Below are positions 1 to 8,272 of a stretch of 64,000 bases of DNA, piece by piece. Position 1 is the stretch's first letter. Every line of letters starts with the position of its first letter. Made by a program: the position numbers and the translations under genes. The notes beneath the pieces are model-generated. The model was not told the origin of the DNA. It saw only the letters and a program-made list of their open reading frames with translations, and searched no databases. This DNA is from a virus: the IMG/VR virus record IMGVR_UViG_3300024255_000002. The stretch is one strand, 5' to 3'.

Positions 1-718
1 AGACGACAAGAATGCCTTGCCTTCTTCAGATTTGCCATGGGCATCTGTAATGTTACCGATTACTTCTTCAGGTATATCTGGCATAGGTCAATCACCTCTC
101 GGCCTTGTTGAAGGGTCGTGGGTAATAGGTTTCTTTAAAGATGGACAGAGTTCGCAAGAGCCAATCATACTTGGTTCATTGCCAGGCCGACCAGCAGAGA
201 TGCCAAACACGGCCAAAGGTTTCTATGATCCTCACGGCCAATATCCAAGATACATAGATCGACCAGATGTAAATGATCTTGCAACAGCCATATCAGAGCC
301 GGCCTCGTTAACCACTAGAATACAGGCCAGAGAGACAAACATTCAAGGCGTACTCAACACAACATGGAATATGCCAGAAATCACGGCCGCACCAGTATAT
401 CCAAGTAATCATGTATATGAAACAGAGTCAGGCCATGTATTAGAATTTGACGACACGGCCAATGCAACACGAATACATCTAAGACATAACACAGGCACCT
501 CAATAGAACTGACAAACGATGGCAACTCTGTGGCCATTACAAAAGGTTCGGCCTTTATACAGATAGACGCAGATAACAAGATATACATAAAAGGCAATAA
601 GGCCGTAACAGTAGATGGCAATAGTGAGATAAAAGTCAAAGGCGACTATAAGTTAGATGTAGATGGCTCAGTAAAGATATGGGGAGAGACAATAGATTTC
701 AATGGGCCTAGAGAGTAA
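1..718 (+). CDS. gp5: Baseplate hub/spike protein gp5, 5' truncated by the window
   Basis: LPWA...GSWVIGFFKDG...QEPIILG OB-fold end, YPSNHVYETESGH-EFDDT motif, beta-helix repeats; the frame is open to the window start; no lysozyme domain visible. Confidence 0.9.
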   Translation, partial: DDKNALPSSDLPWASVMLPITSSGISGIGQSPLGLVEGSWVIGFFKDGQSSQEPIILGSLPGRPAEMPNTAKGFYDPHGQYPRYIDRPDVNDLATAISEPASLTTRIQARETNIQGVLNTTWNMPEITAAPVYPSNHVYETESGHVLEFDDTANATRIHLRHNTGTSIELTNDGNSVAITKGSAFIQIDADNKIYIKGNKAVTVDGNSEIKVKGDYKLDVDGSVKIWGETIDFNGPRE

Positions 719-842
719 GGGCCATGTTAATCTTAGTATCTTTGTCTAATCTATAAAAGTAATATAAAGAGAGAGATATATCCATCTATTTTGATATGGG
801 AATTTTTCTCGGATATATTTTTATGTGTCAGAGTCGAGGCCT

Positions 843-868
843 CATTAGAGCATACATTAGAGCATACA
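843..868. repeat. Tandem repeat CATTAGAGCATA x2
   Basis: Copies at 843-854 and 855-866. Confidence 0.85.
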
Positions 869-894
869 ATATAGAAAGGTACCTAATATGATAT

Positions 895-918
895 CGACAA
901 GGTCGGTGACGAAGTCAC
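895..918. other. Two adjacent mini-hairpins
   Basis: CGAC-AAG-GTCG directly followed by GTGAC-GAA-GTCAC, then a T-rich tract. Confidence 0.6.
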
Positions 919-1102
919 TCTCTATTGTGTTATTGTTTGTTTTTCTTACTTCTTGTACTATTACAGACTTTTCCTTTAATAGTTCTAATGTTTCGTTTAG
1001 TTGGAGTATTAGTTATTAGTTTTTCAAAGTAAATTGTTAATAGACTATTAGGTTGATAAGACTGGTATTCTGATCTTTTTTTATACACAATTTTAGTTTT
1101 AT

Positions 1103-1141
1103 TTATACTGGTATAGATTATACTGGAATAGATTATACTGG
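1103..1141. repeat. 15-bp tandem repeat TTATACTGG(T/A)ATAGA x2.6
   Basis: Copies start at 1103, 1118 and 1133. Confidence 0.85.
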
Positions 1142-1373
1142 TCCTGAAGGTTAAGGATATTATACATAGTCTATGTTGAGACGCAAAGGAATAGCTATAG
1201 GTAGCATATGAACATTTGGAAGATATTACAACTAACAATGGCAATTGCAATAATTGTTATACTACTAGGCCTGTCAGTGATATGGCATCACTTAGGGGAA
1301 CTGTGGTTATTATATGGTGAAATAGCGCAACAACTTCTAACCATCTTTTTAAACAACTTAGGGCCTGGTTTGG

Positions 1374-1401
1374 AGGCCTAGTTAATAAGGCCTAGTTAAT
1401 A
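1374..1401. repeat. 14-bp tandem repeat AGGCCTAGTTAATA x2
   Basis: Exact copies at 1374-1387 and 1388-1401. Confidence 0.9.
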
Positions 1402-1460
1402 AAACTAAAAATTTTCGCCTTATTCTTTGATGGTTCGAAAGTGTGAAAACTTGCGGAATC

Positions 1461-1610
1461 TTATTGAGCATTAATTTCTTGTAATACTCTTTCTAATTCT
1501 TTGTTTCTTGTTCTTAGTTGAACCTGGACATCACATGCCGTCTTATAAGTGAAATGTATATAAGTCACTAAGACGGCAGTTACAACAGTTAATGATATCC
1601 ACTTAAGCAT
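1461..1610 (-). CDS. Small membrane-anchored coiled-coil protein (49 aa, not in the ORF track)
   Basis: Manual translation MLKWISLTVVTAVLVTYIHFTYKTACDVQVQLRTRNKELERVLQEINAQ; start overlaps the stop of the upstream ORF. Confidence 0.65.
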   Translation of the reverse strand: MLKWISLTVVTAVLVTYIHFTYKTACDVQVQLRTRNKELERVLQEINAQ

Positions 1611-1893
1611 TAGTGTTAATTCTCATTAGATCAAATGGCACTCTCCATTTTGATTTTCCATCGTTGTGATTATTACTTACTTCAACAGTTGCCTTATTGT
1701 TTCTTGTTCTTAAAACAACACCAACTCTTTGTTGACCATTAGGTCTTCCAAAGACAACTTTACTGCCTGGAATGAACTTTGAATTTTCAACATTTTGTAT
1801 GCAAGCCTTGATCATATAAAGATGTTCAGAATTAGAAGGGTCTCTAATAAATTCTAATATCTTTGGTAAGTCTTTAAATTTTAATTTAGTCAT
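1603..1893 (-). CDS. Hypothetical early protein with a possible SH3/KOW-like C-terminal barrel
   Basis: AAAGGGAGA RBS; FIPGSKVVF...GVVLRT...ATVEV...KWRVPF beta-strand pattern. Confidence 0.75.
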   Translation of the reverse strand: MTKLKFKDLPKILEFIRDPSNSEHLYMIKACIQNVENSKFIPGSKVVFGRPNGQQRVGVVLRTRNNKATVEVSNNHNDGKSKWRVPFDLMRINTNA

Positions 1894-1914
1894 AATGTAT
1901 TTCTCCCTTTATTG

Positions 1915-2073
1915 TTATTGTTTGTTTTGTAAAGTTAACGTTAATAAACCAGATGATATTCCAATAATCATCACAGTAAATCCAATTAAGTAACTATCTT
2001 TTTCAATAAAACCAGCAGCACTGATCATTGACATTATAAAAAGTATAGCAAAAAATGTTGTTAAGTATTTCAT
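1915..2073 (-). CDS. Small two-TM membrane protein (52 aa, not in the ORF track)
   Basis: TAAGGAGA RBS; MKYLTTFFAILFIMSMISAAGFIEKDSYLIGFTVMIIGISSGLLTLTLQNKQ. Confidence 0.75.
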   Translation of the reverse strand: MKYLTTFFAILFIMSMISAAGFIEKDSYLIGFTVMIIGISSGLLTLTLQNKQ

Positions 2074-2082
2074 AGTTTCTCC

Positions 2083-2289
2083 TTATTTAACTTTCATTAC
2101 ACCAGTTTGTTTATAAACTCTGTAATCATGTATTATTTTATTAATAGCATTTTTCATGTTTATATCAATCATTCTTAAAAGAACATCATCAACTTCAATA
2201 ACTTCTTTTATTGTTGATTGCATTTTTTTAATTTTATTGTAAGCAACGTTTCTTACAATTGAAAGATTTAAGTTTGTTGTTTTGTTCAT
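2083..2289 (-). CDS. Hypothetical early protein (68 aa, start MNKTT)
   Basis: AAGGAGA RBS before the ATG at 2289. Confidence 0.75.
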   Translation of the reverse strand: MNKTTNLNLSIVRNVAYNKIKKMQSTIKEVIEVDDVLLRMIDINMKNAINKIIHDYRVYKQTGVMKVK

Positions 2290-2308
2290 AGTGTATTTCT
2301 CCTTTAGG

Positions 2309-2473
2309 TTAGGCAACTTTGTTATTTTTGTTTAAAGAATTTGACATCATTTGCCAAGACATTCTAGTTTGAATACATTTAGACTTATTTCTTATAACAT
2401 GTCTCATTTTACTTTTTTGAGCAGGTAAAAATTGTACTTGCACGTTTTTTGTATTTGTTATTTTCATTTTCAT
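2309..2473 (-). CDS. Hypothetical small basic early protein
   Basis: First ORF downstream of the sigma70-type promoter; start uncertain. Confidence 0.55.
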   Translation of the reverse strand: MKMKITNTKNVQVQFLPAQKSKMRHVIRNKSKCIQTRMSWQMMSNSLNKNNKVA

Positions 2474-2517
2474 AGTGTTTTCTTTTTTGTTAGTGTTGTT
2501 TTTCATAATATGCATAT

Positions 2518-2546
2518 AGTATATAGGAGAAAAGGCGGAATTTCAA
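2518..2546 (-). promoter_or_regulatory. Sigma70-type early promoter
   Basis: TTGAAA-N17-TATACT on the minus strand, preceded by phased A/T tracts (AAAATGG x3, about 2549-2586). Confidence 0.75.
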
Positions 2547-2662
2547 GCAAAAAATGGTATAAAATGGTAAAAAAATGGAAAAAAAGTGTTGACTTTACTT
2601 ATCTTTTTAGGGTGTGCGGATTTGCACAGCAGAACAAAATGAGAACACTCGTTTTTTTTAGT

Positions 2663-2670
2663 CATAAATA
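2663..2670 (+). promoter_or_regulatory. Late promoter variant CATAAATA
   Basis: One mismatch from the T4 gp55 consensus, upstream of the 2709 ORF. Confidence 0.5.
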
Positions 2671-2708
2671 TAAAAAAAACAACGAATCTTACAAGGAGTG
2701 AACAAATC

Positions 2709-2915
2709 ATGGCAAAAATGCGTGAATTTTTATTTTGGAACGAAAAAGGACAAGAAGAAAAAAAAGAAAATACAAGTTTTAAGAAGGCAGTTAAGTCTGT
2801 CCAAGAAAATTTTAAGAATCAATTGATTGGATTTGAATATATTAGTAAAAAAGGCAAAAAAATTGTGTCTTCAATTCAATTACCACTTGGTAGAAAGAAG
2901 AAAATAGGTAGATAA
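2709..2915 (+). CDS. Small basic hypothetical protein
   Basis: AAGGAG RBS; Lys-rich. Confidence 0.75.
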   Translation: MAKMREFLFWNEKGQEEKKENTSFKKAVKSVQENFKNQLIGFEYISKKGKKIVSSIQLPLGRKKKIGR

Positions 2916-3064
2916 TGGCAAAATTAGCAAAATCTTATGTTGCACATGTAAGCAAACCAAAAAAAACATCACAATCAAAGAGAAAAGGTAGTGTAAAAAC
3001 ATCTTCAATGAATAAACACAAAAAAAGACAGTTTAAATCTTATAGTTCGCAAGGAAGAGCATAA
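2915..3064 (+). CDS. Very basic 49-aa protein (not in the ORF track)
   Basis: MAKLAKSYVAHVSKPKKTSQSKRKGSVKTSSMNKHKKRQFKSYSSQGRA; TAATG coupling to the previous ORF. Confidence 0.7.
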   Translation: MAKLAKSYVAHVSKPKKTSQSKRKGSVKTSSMNKHKKRQFKSYSSQGRA

Positions 3065-3068
3065 TAAT

Positions 3069-3332
3069 ATGCCAGGAGTTGCTCGAAAAGGTGTTGATGC
3101 GGCTGGAGGTGTTGCAATTGGTGGAAGTTCAGATGTTTTTGTCAATGGATCGGGAATTGTCAGAGTAGGTGACACTGTTGCAGGACATGGATTACCGCCA
3201 CATTCACCTCCACCACCTATGGTTGGAAAATCATCAACAGTAAGAGCAAATGGTAAGTTTATTTGTCGTCAAGGAGACTCAGCGAGTTGTGGACACAGTA
3301 TTTCTGGTTCAAATAACGTTTTTTCAAATTAA
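3069..3332 (+). CDS. PAAR-repeat spike tip protein (gp5.4-like)
   Basis: GVARKG / IVRVGD / ICRQGD repeats, SCGH metal ligands, GSxxVF ends. Confidence 0.92.
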   Translation: MPGVARKGVDAAGGVAIGGSSDVFVNGSGIVRVGDTVAGHGLPPHSPPPPMVGKSSTVRANGKFICRQGDSASCGHSISGSNNVFSN

Positions 3333-3336
3333 CACA

Positions 3337-3344
3337 TATAAATA
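3337..3344 (+). promoter_or_regulatory. T4-type late promoter
   Basis: TATAAATA 5 nt before the gp25 ATG. Confidence 0.8.
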
Positions 3345-3349
3345 TTGTT

Positions 3350-3775
3350 ATGGCAAACTATGACGCAACATCAACTAATAACTCAAAACGTTCAAATAAA
3401 ATTTATAGTGATTTAAATTTGGATTTTGATCGTAATCCTGCAACAAAAGACGTTGTAAGATTAACAGACGTTGAGGCAGTCAAAAGATCGCTTCGTAACT
3501 TAGTGCTTACTAATCGATTTGAAAGACCTTTTCATCCTGAAATAGGATGTGATCTAAGGGCTTTGTTATTTGAAAACATGACGCCGGTTATTGAGACACT
3601 TATTACAGATAGAATTAAAAGAGTTTTAGATGTTTACGAACCAAGAGCAAATATAGTTGAAGTTACAACAAACGGAGACTTAGATAAAAATGAATACAGA
3701 GTTAGAATTGTTTTTTACGTTGTTGGTTCTCCTGACTTAGTTACTATAACAGAATTTTTACAAAGGTTAAGATAA
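3350..3775 (+). CDS. gp25: Baseplate wedge subunit gp25
   Basis: YSDLNLDF, AVKRSLRNLVLT-ERPFHPEIG, YEPR. Confidence 0.95.
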   Translation: MANYDATSTNNSKRSNKIYSDLNLDFDRNPATKDVVRLTDVEAVKRSLRNLVLTNRFERPFHPEIGCDLRALLFENMTPVIETLITDRIKRVLDVYEPRANIVEVTTNGDLDKNEYRVRIVFYVVGSPDLVTITEFLQRLR

Positions 3776-3776
3776 A

Positions 3777-5642
3777 ATGGCATCACACAAATTAAATATT
3801 TCAGAGTTAGACTTTGATAACATCAAAGAAAATCTAAAAAGATTTCTTTCAAATCAAAATCAATTTAAAGATTATGACTTTGAAGGTTCTGGTATGGCAG
3901 TGTTGCTAGATTTATTAGCATACAACACACACTATCTATCATATCACACAAACGTTGCTGTCAATGAAATGTTTATTGACTCTGCTGATTTAAGAAATAG
4001 TATTGTTTCATTAGCAAAGGCATTAGGATACACACCTAGTTCGGCAACGGCATCTTATGCCGACATTAATGTAAGAGTGAATGATGGAACAGGTGGTTCA
4101 ATTACTATGCCTGTTGCAACAAAATTTACAACAACAGTTGACGGAACAAGTTATTCATTTGTAACTTCCGCTAATCATACAATTGCACCAATAGATGGTG
4201 TTTACGAATTTAAAAATATAAAAATTTATGAAGGAACTTATGTAACGTTTAACTATACAGAAAATTCTTCAGATGTAGATCAAAGATTTATTATACCATC
4301 GGCAAATGCTGATACAACTACACTAACTGTTGAAGTTCAAAATAGTGCAACTGACACAGTTATACAAACTTACAATAGAGCAACATCAATAACTGAATTA
4401 GATGGTGACTCAAAAGTTTATTTCTTACAAGAAGCTGAAGATGGTAAGTTTGAAGTTTATTTTGGTGATGGTATTATCGGAAAAAAATTAGACGATGGTA
4501 ATATTGTTAGATTAAAATATGTTGTAACTAACAAAGATGCTGCTAACGGTGCTTCAACATTTACTTTGGCAAGTAACATACAAGGATTTAATGAATTTAC
4601 ATTAACTGTAAACTCAAATGCTGCTAACGGTGCCGATGCTGAAACGGATGCAAGTGTTAAATTTCATGCACCTAAATTTTATGCGTCACAAGATAGAGCA
4701 GTTACAGTTGAAGATTATAAAGTTAAAGTTAATCAACTATATCCAAATGCACATTCAATTAGTGCTTGGGGTGGTGAAGACAATGCAACACCATATTATG
4801 GAAAAGTTTTTATATCTATCAAACCAAAATCAGGTTCTAACTTAACATTAACAACAAAAAGAGATATTGTTAATACATTAAAAAAATATTCAGTTGCTTC
4901 AGTAAGACCAGAAATAATTGATCCTGAAATTACTAAAATTATTTTAACTTCAACTATTAAATATGACGACAGATCAACAACAAAATCTGCCGATGATATT
5001 AAAACAGATGTAATTTCTAATTTAGAAAGTTTTAACGATAACACATTACAAATGTTTGATAGTATGTTTAGGTATTCAAAATTATCTGAAACTATTGATG
5101 ACACAGACAACTCAATACTTTCAAATATTACAAAAGTGAAAATAAGAAAATCATTTACACCATCTTTAGATACATCAATTAACTACAACGTTTCATTTTC
5201 AAATTCATTTTATAATCCACATATAGGTCATGCTAGTGGCATGGGAGGAGTTTTACTTTCTTCAGGATTTAGAGTTTCAAATAGCAATGAAATTATGTAC
5301 TTAGATGATGATGGTAATGGTAATCTAAGAAGATTTTACAATTCAACATCAACAACTGGATTAAAAGTTTATGTTGACAATAATGCTGGAACAATTAATT
5401 ACCAAACAGGTGAAATTAAAATAAATGCTTTAGTTATAACTAGTGTTGAGAATATACGAGGTTCTGCTTCAACTTCAATTGAGCTAACTGTTCAACCACA
5501 ATCTAACGACATTGTTCCTTTAAGAAATCAAATAATAGAATTAGATGTTGCAAATAGTTCGATCAATGTCGAAGTTGATACGTTTGTTGGTGGTTCAGCA
5601 AATGCAGGAGTGGGATATTCAACAACATCAAGTTATAGTTAA
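3777..5642 (+). CDS. gp6: Baseplate wedge subunit gp6
   Basis: LDFDNIK, DYDFEGSG, LLAYNTHY, FGDG, QDRAVTVEDY, WGGEDN. Confidence 0.95.
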   Translation: MASHKLNISELDFDNIKENLKRFLSNQNQFKDYDFEGSGMAVLLDLLAYNTHYLSYHTNVAVNEMFIDSADLRNSIVSLAKALGYTPSSATASYADINVRVNDGTGGSITMPVATKFTTTVDGTSYSFVTSANHTIAPIDGVYEFKNIKIYEGTYVTFNYTENSSDVDQRFIIPSANADTTTLTVEVQNSATDTVIQTYNRATSITELDGDSKVYFLQEAEDGKFEVYFGDGIIGKKLDDGNIVRLKYVVTNKDAANGASTFTLASNIQGFNEFTLTVNSNAANGADAETDASVKFHAPKFYASQDRAVTVEDYKVKVNQLYPNAHSISAWGGEDNATPYYGKVFISIKPKSGSNLTLTTKRDIVNTLKKYSVASVRPEIIDPEITKIILTSTIKYDDRSTTKSADDIKTDVISNLESFNDNTLQMFDSMFRYSKLSETIDDTDNSILSNITKVKIRKSFTPSLDTSINYNVSFSNSFYNPHIGHASGMGGVLLSSGFRVSNSNEIMYLDDDGNGNLRRFYNSTSTTGLKVYVDNNAGTINYQTGEIKINALVITSVENIRGSASTSIELTVQPQSNDIVPLRNQIIELDVANSSINVEVDTFVGGSANAGVGYSTTSSYS

Positions 5643-5644
5643 AA

Positions 5645-8230
5645 ATGGCAGACTTAAAAGATAAAATCTCAACCTTTATAGAAACTCAATCACCTGATTT
5701 TGTGCTTGAGGATCATCCGTATTTTTTAGAGTTTGTAAAACTTTATTATCAATTCTTAGAAGCTGCTGAATTATCACTTATAAAAATTAACGACCCTAAT
5801 ATTATTCAATTAGAAAATCCTGTTGTAACTAGTTTCATGCAATTAAATGGAACTAATCGTACAAAGGATGACGGAGAAGATAATCTATTAATGGAAAACT
5901 CTCCTGTTGGAGATTTTATTAATGGTGAAGTTATCAAAGGAAGAATATCTGGTGCTCAAGCAACTGTAATAGTTGAAGACACAGATGCTGGTTCTCGTTT
6001 GTTTATAACATCACAAAACAAATTTAAAATAGGTGAAGAAATTTACGGACTAACTTCAGGCGCCGAAGCAACAATATCAAAGTACAGACCAAATCCAGTT
6101 CAAAGTATTCATCAACTTTGTGAGTATTCTGATCCCGATGGAACATTAGATCAATTTTTAATAAACTTTAGAAATGCATTTTTAAATTCTATACCTGAAA
6201 AACTTGCTGATGGTTTAGATAAGAAAACTTTAGTTAAAAATATAAAATCATTCTATGAAGCAAAAGGAACTAAAAGAGCAAGTGAGCTAATCTTTCAATT
6301 ACTTTTTAACATACCTGCTGAAATCAGATATCCAAGAGATAATATTTTAAGAGCATCTGATGGTAAGTGGGAAACTAAAAAAGTGATGAGAGCATTAGAA
6401 GTAGGATTTTCTGATGCTGGTAAATTAGTTGGTCAAACTATTACACAATTTAAAACTAATCTAGTAGGTAAGGCAACGGCAATTGTTGAAAGTGTTGTAA
6501 AATATCCTATTGGTGGAAAGATTGTTGTTGAGTTAGTTTTAGGATATGATTCAATTGTAGGTGACTTTGTTCCTGGTGCAAGAATTATAGGATCAAGTAA
6601 CACAGACGAAGATGATTTAATTGTTTTAAATTCATCTGGTATTATTACTGAAAAAGTTATTACATCAAATGGTGCTTTGTATAATGAAAATGATTTAATA
6701 CAAACAACAGGCGGTGGTACAGGTGCATTATATTCAGTTGGACCTGTAGGATTAGGTTCACTTGAAGATTTAATTGTAGATGAAGGTGGAACAGGATACG
6801 AAATAGGTGATCTTGTTAATTTTAGTATTGGAAATGCCGAAGCAAAAGTATCAGTAGTTAATGGTGGATTTACACAAGAGGAATCTTCTTCATCAACTGA
6901 TGATCATATTGTATTAGAAGATGAAACAACAAAAAGTGATCCATACACAGGAAATAAAATTGTACAAGAGACAAGTACAGGTGTAGGTGATATAACAGAT
7001 TTAAGATTTTTAAATAACGGAAATGGATTTAGTTCCATTCCTACAATAACAGTTACATCATCAAGTGGTAATGGTGCTAAGATATTAACTTATGGTAGTC
7101 AAATAGGAAGAGTACTGACATTTAAAGAATTAGAGTTAGGATTTAATTACGAAAATTCGCCAACTCCTGCAACAATGACAATGCCATCTTATCTTGTATT
7201 AACAAATGTTGTTGGTGCATTTTCATCATTGCAAACAGTAACAGCATTAGGATCAGATGGTTCAACAGTTGTTTCAGGTACAGTTGTATCTTATGATGTT
7301 AACACACAAATTTTAAAAGTAAAAGAAACAGATGGACTATTTGGAACAAATGTTACATTAACAGGACCTGGTGGTTCTGCTACAATTGTTAGACATAGTC
7401 AGGCAACAGTTACAGCAACAGTTGATGTAGTAAGTGAAACATCTGGCAGATTTTTAAATACTGATGGTTGGGTTTCTGAATCAACTATGGTATTACAAGA
7501 CAGTTTATTATACCAAGATTATTCTTATATCATTAAAGTTGGTAGATCAATCAATGATTGGAGAGACGCATACGAGAAGGCTGCTCACCCAGCAGGTTTC
7601 TATTATATTGGAGAAGTAGATATACAATCCAGATTAAGTGGAAGAATTAGACCTATAGTTGGAACAACACCTGGTTTTGATTCACTAATCAAGTTAATCT
7701 TTGGAACATTGTTAGGAAGAAGATTAGGAACAACAACAGATGGCACTTCATTAAGAACTGATCCAAAATTAGGTGTTCCGTTTGATTTAGATCCGTCAAC
7801 ACATGATCACTTCCCAACTAAAACAAGAGACGTAACTGTATTTGCACCACCTATAAGTTACGATATTGTAAGTAGAGTTAAGAGAACAATATTTAATTCA
7901 GACGGAACAGGAATATTAGTTAAACAAGGTTTTGGTTTAGGACCAAGATATAAGACACTTAACAAATATGCTAATACGGCATTTGGTGGGGCAACGAATT
8001 CAAGTGTATTACAAAGTGTTAATACATTTAAACCAATAGGGGAACTGAAAGTTCAACATACTAGATCATCTTTAAATGGTGGTGAGGCTGTGTTTATTAT
8101 GACTTCAACAAGTGGTGGCCAACAACTTAAAACTAAGTTTACATTACCAGCAAATATAACAACATCGCCTAAGTTTGATACTACAACAACTAGATGGTCA
8201 TCAACTAAGAAGAAGATGGATAGAGTATAG
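5645..8230 (+). CDS. gp7: Baseplate wedge initiator gp7-like
   Basis: Follows gp6; FLEFVKLYYQFLE, KGTKRA, ASDGKW, LQDSLLYQDYSY, HPAGF. Confidence 0.75.
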   Translation: MADLKDKISTFIETQSPDFVLEDHPYFLEFVKLYYQFLEAAELSLIKINDPNIIQLENPVVTSFMQLNGTNRTKDDGEDNLLMENSPVGDFINGEVIKGRISGAQATVIVEDTDAGSRLFITSQNKFKIGEEIYGLTSGAEATISKYRPNPVQSIHQLCEYSDPDGTLDQFLINFRNAFLNSIPEKLADGLDKKTLVKNIKSFYEAKGTKRASELIFQLLFNIPAEIRYPRDNILRASDGKWETKKVMRALEVGFSDAGKLVGQTITQFKTNLVGKATAIVESVVKYPIGGKIVVELVLGYDSIVGDFVPGARIIGSSNTDEDDLIVLNSSGIITEKVITSNGALYNENDLIQTTGGGTGALYSVGPVGLGSLEDLIVDEGGTGYEIGDLVNFSIGNAEAKVSVVNGGFTQEESSSSTDDHIVLEDETTKSDPYTGNKIVQETSTGVGDITDLRFLNNGNGFSSIPTITVTSSSGNGAKILTYGSQIGRVLTFKELELGFNYENSPTPATMTMPSYLVLTNVVGAFSSLQTVTALGSDGSTVVSGTVVSYDVNTQILKVKETDGLFGTNVTLTGPGGSATIVRHSQATVTATVDVVSETSGRFLNTDGWVSESTMVLQDSLLYQDYSYIIKVGRSINDWRDAYEKAAHPAGFYYIGEVDIQSRLSGRIRPIVGTTPGFDSLIKLIFGTLLGRRLGTTTDGTSLRTDPKLGVPFDLDPSTHDHFPTKTRDVTVFAPPISYDIVSRVKRTIFNSDGTGILVKQGFGLGPRYKTLNKYANTAFGGATNSSVLQSVNTFKPIGELKVQHTRSSLNGGEAVFIMTSTSGGQQLKTKFTLPANITTSPKFDTTTTRWSSTKKKMDRV

Positions 8231-8240
8231 AATTTTCGAT

Positions 8241-8248
8241 TATAAATA
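8241..8248 (+). promoter_or_regulatory. T4-type late promoter
   Basis: TATAAATA in the intergenic gap. Confidence 0.75.
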
Positions 8249-8272
8249 TAACAAAGCAGAGCAAAGAGAGAT

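Noticed and set aside
930-1250. 106-aa minus-strand ORF
   Set aside because: Non-ATG start, no RBS, runs through tandem DNA repeats; more likely non-coding
843-1401. Short repeats as a possible CRISPR array
   Set aside because: Repeats are directly tandem with no unique spacers, and no cas genes are present
2432-2701. 89-aa plus-strand ORF
   Set aside because: Overlaps the minus-strand gene and promoter; its sequence reflects A/T tracts
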